A stretch of 64,000 nucleotides of DNA. Source: Takakia lepidozioides (lineage: Eukaryota > Plantae > Bryophyta). The notes below the pieces were generated by a model, which did no database searches, was not told the origin of the DNA, and saw only the letters and a program-made list of their open reading frames with translations. Numbering within the stretch: position 1 is the stretch's first letter; each line of letters starts with the position of its first letter. This document shows, piece by piece, positions 59,501-64,000 of the stretch. Where the stretch lies: assembly GCA_030704615.1 (NCBI GenBank), contig CM060731.1, positions 54,250,001-54,314,000 of the forward strand. The letters run 5' to 3'. The position numbers were made by a program, and so were the translations under genes.

Positions 59501-60167
59501 CAGAATAAGGATTATTTGAGCAATGATTGGGCCAGACACTATGATAGGAGACTTTGCGGTAGTACCTTGTAATCTTTTCATCTCCTCTACCAGTGCGTTG
59601 TACATTATGTCCGCCCATTGTACCTCTTGTCCCTTCAGGCCTTTGAGTATTTCCTCTGTGAAGGATCTGCTCAAATATTGTTGGTTCTGTTTCAGGGCAA
59701 TCAGAACGTTCAATACTGGCCTATCTCTTTTAACCCTGGGTACACAGCTTTGGTACAAGCATAACCCTGAGTTTTAAAGAAACTCCCTTCTTGAATAAGT
59801 CCCCTATTTGCAGTCTTGCCCTGTGTTCCTCCACATGCACCTGACCTGCTGGCAATCGAAACAATTGCTGGAGGTATAGGGGAGTAATCATTAATTCAAC
59901 TCCCTTCACCGTTGTTGTTCCTGTCCTTGGCTCAAAGTTCTGCAAAAATTGTAACATGTACTGTCTATGGTGTAGTGTCCAATCTAGGCTTTGCAATCCT
60001 TCCAATCTCAGCTCCTCAGTATCTTTATCGCCTGTGGGGTAGCCATCGTTTGTTTCTGCAGAATTGTGGTGCTCTTCACCCTGATTTCCTCCATTCCTCT
60101 CACTCTCTTCATTTAGACTCACAGAACTGCTTTGGCTGTAACAACTGCAGGAATGCCTGTAGTGCAC
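56582..60167 (-). pseudogene. Extra 3' ORF of the gypsy element (env-position accessory protein; coiled-coil, Q/E/P-rich), frameshifted
   Basis: Chain of overlapping same-strand ORFs (60167, 59758, 59618, 59329, 58616, 58489, 57776, 57466, 57098, 57016) filling the space between the integrase and the PPT. Confidence 0.7.
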
Positions 60168-63100
60168 AAAGCATAAACGTATGGTTGCCGCAGAAAGCTA
60201 TGGGTAATTCTTGTAAGCCTGCGGGGCTTGCAAGCATTGCTCAAGAGAAAAGCTCTGCTCTGTCCTTTCGTGTCTATGCCACTGCGTAAGTAATATTGCG
60301 AGCGTATAGTCTGTTAGTTCCTCCATAGTTTCCAAGTTATAGCATTTATGGCCTGTCCTGTCGAGACGCCCGTTACTCAGAACGACGCCGCCTCTTGCGC
60401 TCAATTTCCCTCCATTTTCTTGATCCTTTCTCTGGTTTTCTATTGGCTGTATCCGCTGTGACTGGATTTTAATTTTATCTTCTTTAGTGGACTTTCCCTT
60501 GGATAGTCCACTAGGATCACACATGTGACAAGAATTCGGCTTTTCTGTACTTGCCGTTCGTTCCGTTTCCCTTTTTCCGTATTCATTAATGGGCCCGCCT
60601 TTCATCCCTTTTGACGGCCGTTCTTGTCCTCTTTCTTTTTGACACCTGTCCTTGCACTTCATTCTCTGCTGTGTGTCGCGCCCTGACCTCCACGTGTCTA
60701 TTTTTAAAGTAATTTCCGTTTCTCTTCCGTCAGCCATTTTCCTGAAGTTATTATGTGTCCACTTGTCACTGATTCTATGGATCGTGTAACTTTAGTAGGC
60801 TGTGTCTGTGACAGGCTGTGTGGTGTGATAGATGCACTGTGGTTGTGATAGGCTGTGACGCGCTGTGTTAGGCTGTGATAGGCTGTGTAGGCTGTGATAG
60901 GCTGTGTCATGGGCTGGCGCTGTGTCATGAGATGGCGGCTGTGTCACGTTTGTTTTGCCCCTGGTCATATATGCTGGGCCTAGCGACAAGTGTTCCATAC
61001 TCCGTTCGTAACACTGGTGCAGCCCGTGACTGCTCTTGCGGTTCAACATGCAAATCATGCTGCAGGGGTTTGTCATGGATACCACTGTACCCCTTCAACT
61101 TATTTGCATTGACTCTTCCCAGCATTTCTTTGTTAATGGTTTGTAACATGGCGGTGTTGTTATCATACATCTTTTGTATGACATAAGGTCCTTTCCATGG
61201 TGATTTAAGCTTAGAAGCTTGAATCTTTCCTTTCTTCTGCAACCATAGAACCAAATCCCCCGTCTTAAAAGTCTTTAACTTGCCTTCATCAAACTGTTCC
61301 TTTCGCTTCATCTGAATTCTGGTCATATTATCAGCTGCATCAGCACGTACTTCTTCCACATGGTATAATTCATGTTTCCTGACCTTGATGGAGTCTTGCA
61401 ATTCCATTCTTTTTCCCCACTCCGTTCTCATGGTAGGTAACAGGAATTCCACTGGAAGTAAGGCTTCCATACCATAAACTAATTGGAATGGTGTATACTT
61501 AGTGGTGACTTTATATGAAGTCCTGTATGACCACAAAGCTGTCAGCAGCTTTGTATCCCAATCCGTTCTGTTTGCATTGACTATCTTAGCCAAGATAGTA
61601 CATAGTATTTTGTTGGTAGCCTCTGCCTGCCCATTACCCTGTGGGTAATATGTTGTACTCTTTCTATGCACAATCATAAACTCTTTAGTCAACAACTCAA
61701 TGGTCTCATTCATGAAGTGACTTCCTTGATCACTGATAAATTCTAAGGGACAGCCAAATCGTAAGTATGTTCTCGTACAGGAACCTTGCTGTGGACTTGG
61801 CTGTGTTGTCCCTCAAAGCTTTAGCTTCCACCCACTTTGTAGTATAATCAGTGGCTGTAATTATGTACCTGTTTCGTGTATTCTTGGATGGTGGATTAAT
61901 TGGTCCAACAAAGTCTAGTCCCCATTTCTGAAATGGTTCCGTAGGCATTGTAGGATGCAAGGCCATCTTCCAGATCTCTGCAAAGGTCCTAGCCTCTGAC
62001 ATTCATCACACTTCTGACAATACTCATGTACATCTTTGAACAAAGTAGGCCACCAGTATCCTGCGAGTAGTATCTTTCTACTGGTAGTCTCTTCTCCAAA
62101 ATGACCTCCAGCCACTCCTTTATGAACTTCCTCCAAGACTTTATTTACTTCATGGTGGTACAAGCATCGTTTTAGTACTCCATCAGGTCCTAACTTATAC
62201 ATTCTGCTTCCTACCATAGTATAAGGTAAAGCTTTGATAGCAATTCTCTTCCTCTGCTCCTTACCATAACTAGGTGGGCACTGACCATGAGCAAGGTAGT
62301 ATCTGATTGGCCACTGCCAATCTAACCATTCATCTGCACTTCCTTGCACCTCCATTACAAATAAACTCGCATCAGGTAACTGATCGTCCACTCCTGTGGC
62401 GGCCTCTCCTGTTGTTAGTCGTGACAAATGATCTGCCACAAGATGCAAACGGCCAGGCTTGTAAATAACCTCGAACTCAAACTCATGCAAGATTATTAAC
62501 CACCTCGCTATCCTTCCACTTATCAAAGGTTTGTTCACCAGATATATCAGAGCCTGGTGATCCACATAAAACATAAACTTTCTTCCCAATAGGTAATGCC
62601 TGAATTTCTTCACTGCATAATCATTGCCAATGCTTCTCTTTCCGTTGTGCTATAGTTCCTCTCAGCACTGTTCATCAACCGGCTAGCATAGTACACAGGT
62701 GAATCTATATTCCCTGTAACATTCTGGGCTAACACCGCCCAACGCTTCTCCTGATGCATCGCAGTGAACATGAAATACTACATGCCAGTGAGGGTTAATC
62801 AGCACAGGTGTAGTTGTTACTGACAGTGTAAGTTCCTCAAACGCCTGTTGACATTCAGCTGTCCAGGCAAACACTGCATCTTTCTTCAGAAGCTTGCTCA
62901 ATGGTGCTGCTATTTGTGCACCTTTTGACAAATCTTCTGTAATAACTGGTTTGCCCAAGGAATCTCCTTAACTCTTAACATTCACTGGTGGTGGAGAGGC
63001 TTTAATGGACTCTGTCTTCCTGGGATCCACAAGGAGTCCCTTCTTACACACAATGTGTCCCAGAAGCACCCCTGAGTTCACACAGAAAGTACACTTCTCT

Positions 63101-64000
63101 GGATTCAGGCCCAGACCTCTCATCCTGCATCTGGCCAAACATAACTCCAATTTATGCAAGTGCTCATTCTTAGAGCTGTACACACTGAAATCATCCAAGA
63201 AACTGCATGAAATCATCCAGATACTCATGAAAAATTCACTTATCACTCTCTGAAAGGTCGCTGGTGCATTACAAAGTCCAAAGGGCATGACTTTGTATGC
63301 ATAAGCCCCCCAGTCTGTGATGAAAGCTGTTTTCCCTTGGTCTTCTTCTGCCACTTGCACTTGATTATAACCACTGAAGCCATCCATGAATGAGTACATC
63401 TCATGGCCTGCCACAGTGTCTAATACTGCTTCTGTGAATGGCAAAGGGAAAGGATCTTTCTTCGTACAAGCATTCAGCTTCTTATAGTTCACACATACTC
63501 TTAGTTTGCCATTCTTCTTGGGAACTATAACAATGGGTGACAACCAAGTTGTATACTCTATTGGGTATATAAACTTAGCCTCAGCCAACTTCTTTATCTC
63601 TTCTCCAACCTTCTGTGCGTAGTTGGGATTCATTCTATACCTCGCCTGCTTGATTGGTACTGACCCTGGTTCCAGTTCAATCTTATGCTGACAGACTTCA
63701 GGTGGTATCCCTTTTAGATCCTCATAGCTCCAAGCAAATACATCTCTGTATTGATGAACAAGCTTTTAGCTTCTTCGAAGAATTCCGGCTCCAAATCAGC
63801 TCCTACTTTCACCATCCTCGGTTCCTTGAGTTCCCACATTTACTTCTCTCACCTGCTCATCAGCTGTGATTGTCCAACCAGTCACCACTTCATCCTGTAA
63901 GCTCACAGTGGCTGGTTTCTAGGATTTCTATTTCTCCTTCTTTTCTTCATAGAAATGTGATGGGTAATGCTGGTTTCCTCTTCAGTTGGTGTTGCTGTCA

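Larger units (their letters stand above)
55869..64000 (-). mobile_element. Ty3/gypsy LTR retrotransposon (non-chromovirus type; RT-RNaseH-INT, extra 3' ORF, PPT, 3' LTR), frameshifted, running off the window
   Basis: RT WLSPIVIVPKKNGKLRVCV, FMDGFSGYNQ, MPFGLCNAPATFQR and FLDDF. RNaseH HCDAS..DHQAL. Integrase GHFG..CDECQR and DFVGP. Gypsy domain order; no chromodomain seen. Confidence 0.93.

Overview
Eukaryotic, land-plant-type genomic window; the TE and gene content suggest a non-seed plant, which is an inference. It holds one intact 15-exon full-size ABCB (P-glycoprotein) transporter gene (16.9-31.2 kb, +) among dense, nested transposons. These include a CACTA end, hAT, Tc1/mariner-like and long-TIR MITEs, two L1/Tx1-type LINEs (one carrying a solo LTR), and three tail-less RTE-like LINEs plus a (CATTT)n-tailed short repeat in or next to the ABCB gene. 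There is also an intron-containing Crypton-like (DUF3504) tyrosine-recombinase relic, a PRP31 pseudogene mosaic, and a Ty3/gypsy element with a long extra 3' ORF after an N-gap. The most unusual part is 41-53.9 kb, a decayed minus-strand multi-exon cassette. It encodes a ParB/Srx-like domain joined to a beta-class DNA-methyltransferase-like fold and two FCP1/NIF-type HAD domains. Its introns and spacers carry about 10 copies of a 22-bp palindrome, AC(C/G)TCGACAT-NN-ATGTCGA(G/C)GT. This is a candidate self-recognition or anti-silencing system of a large mobile element.
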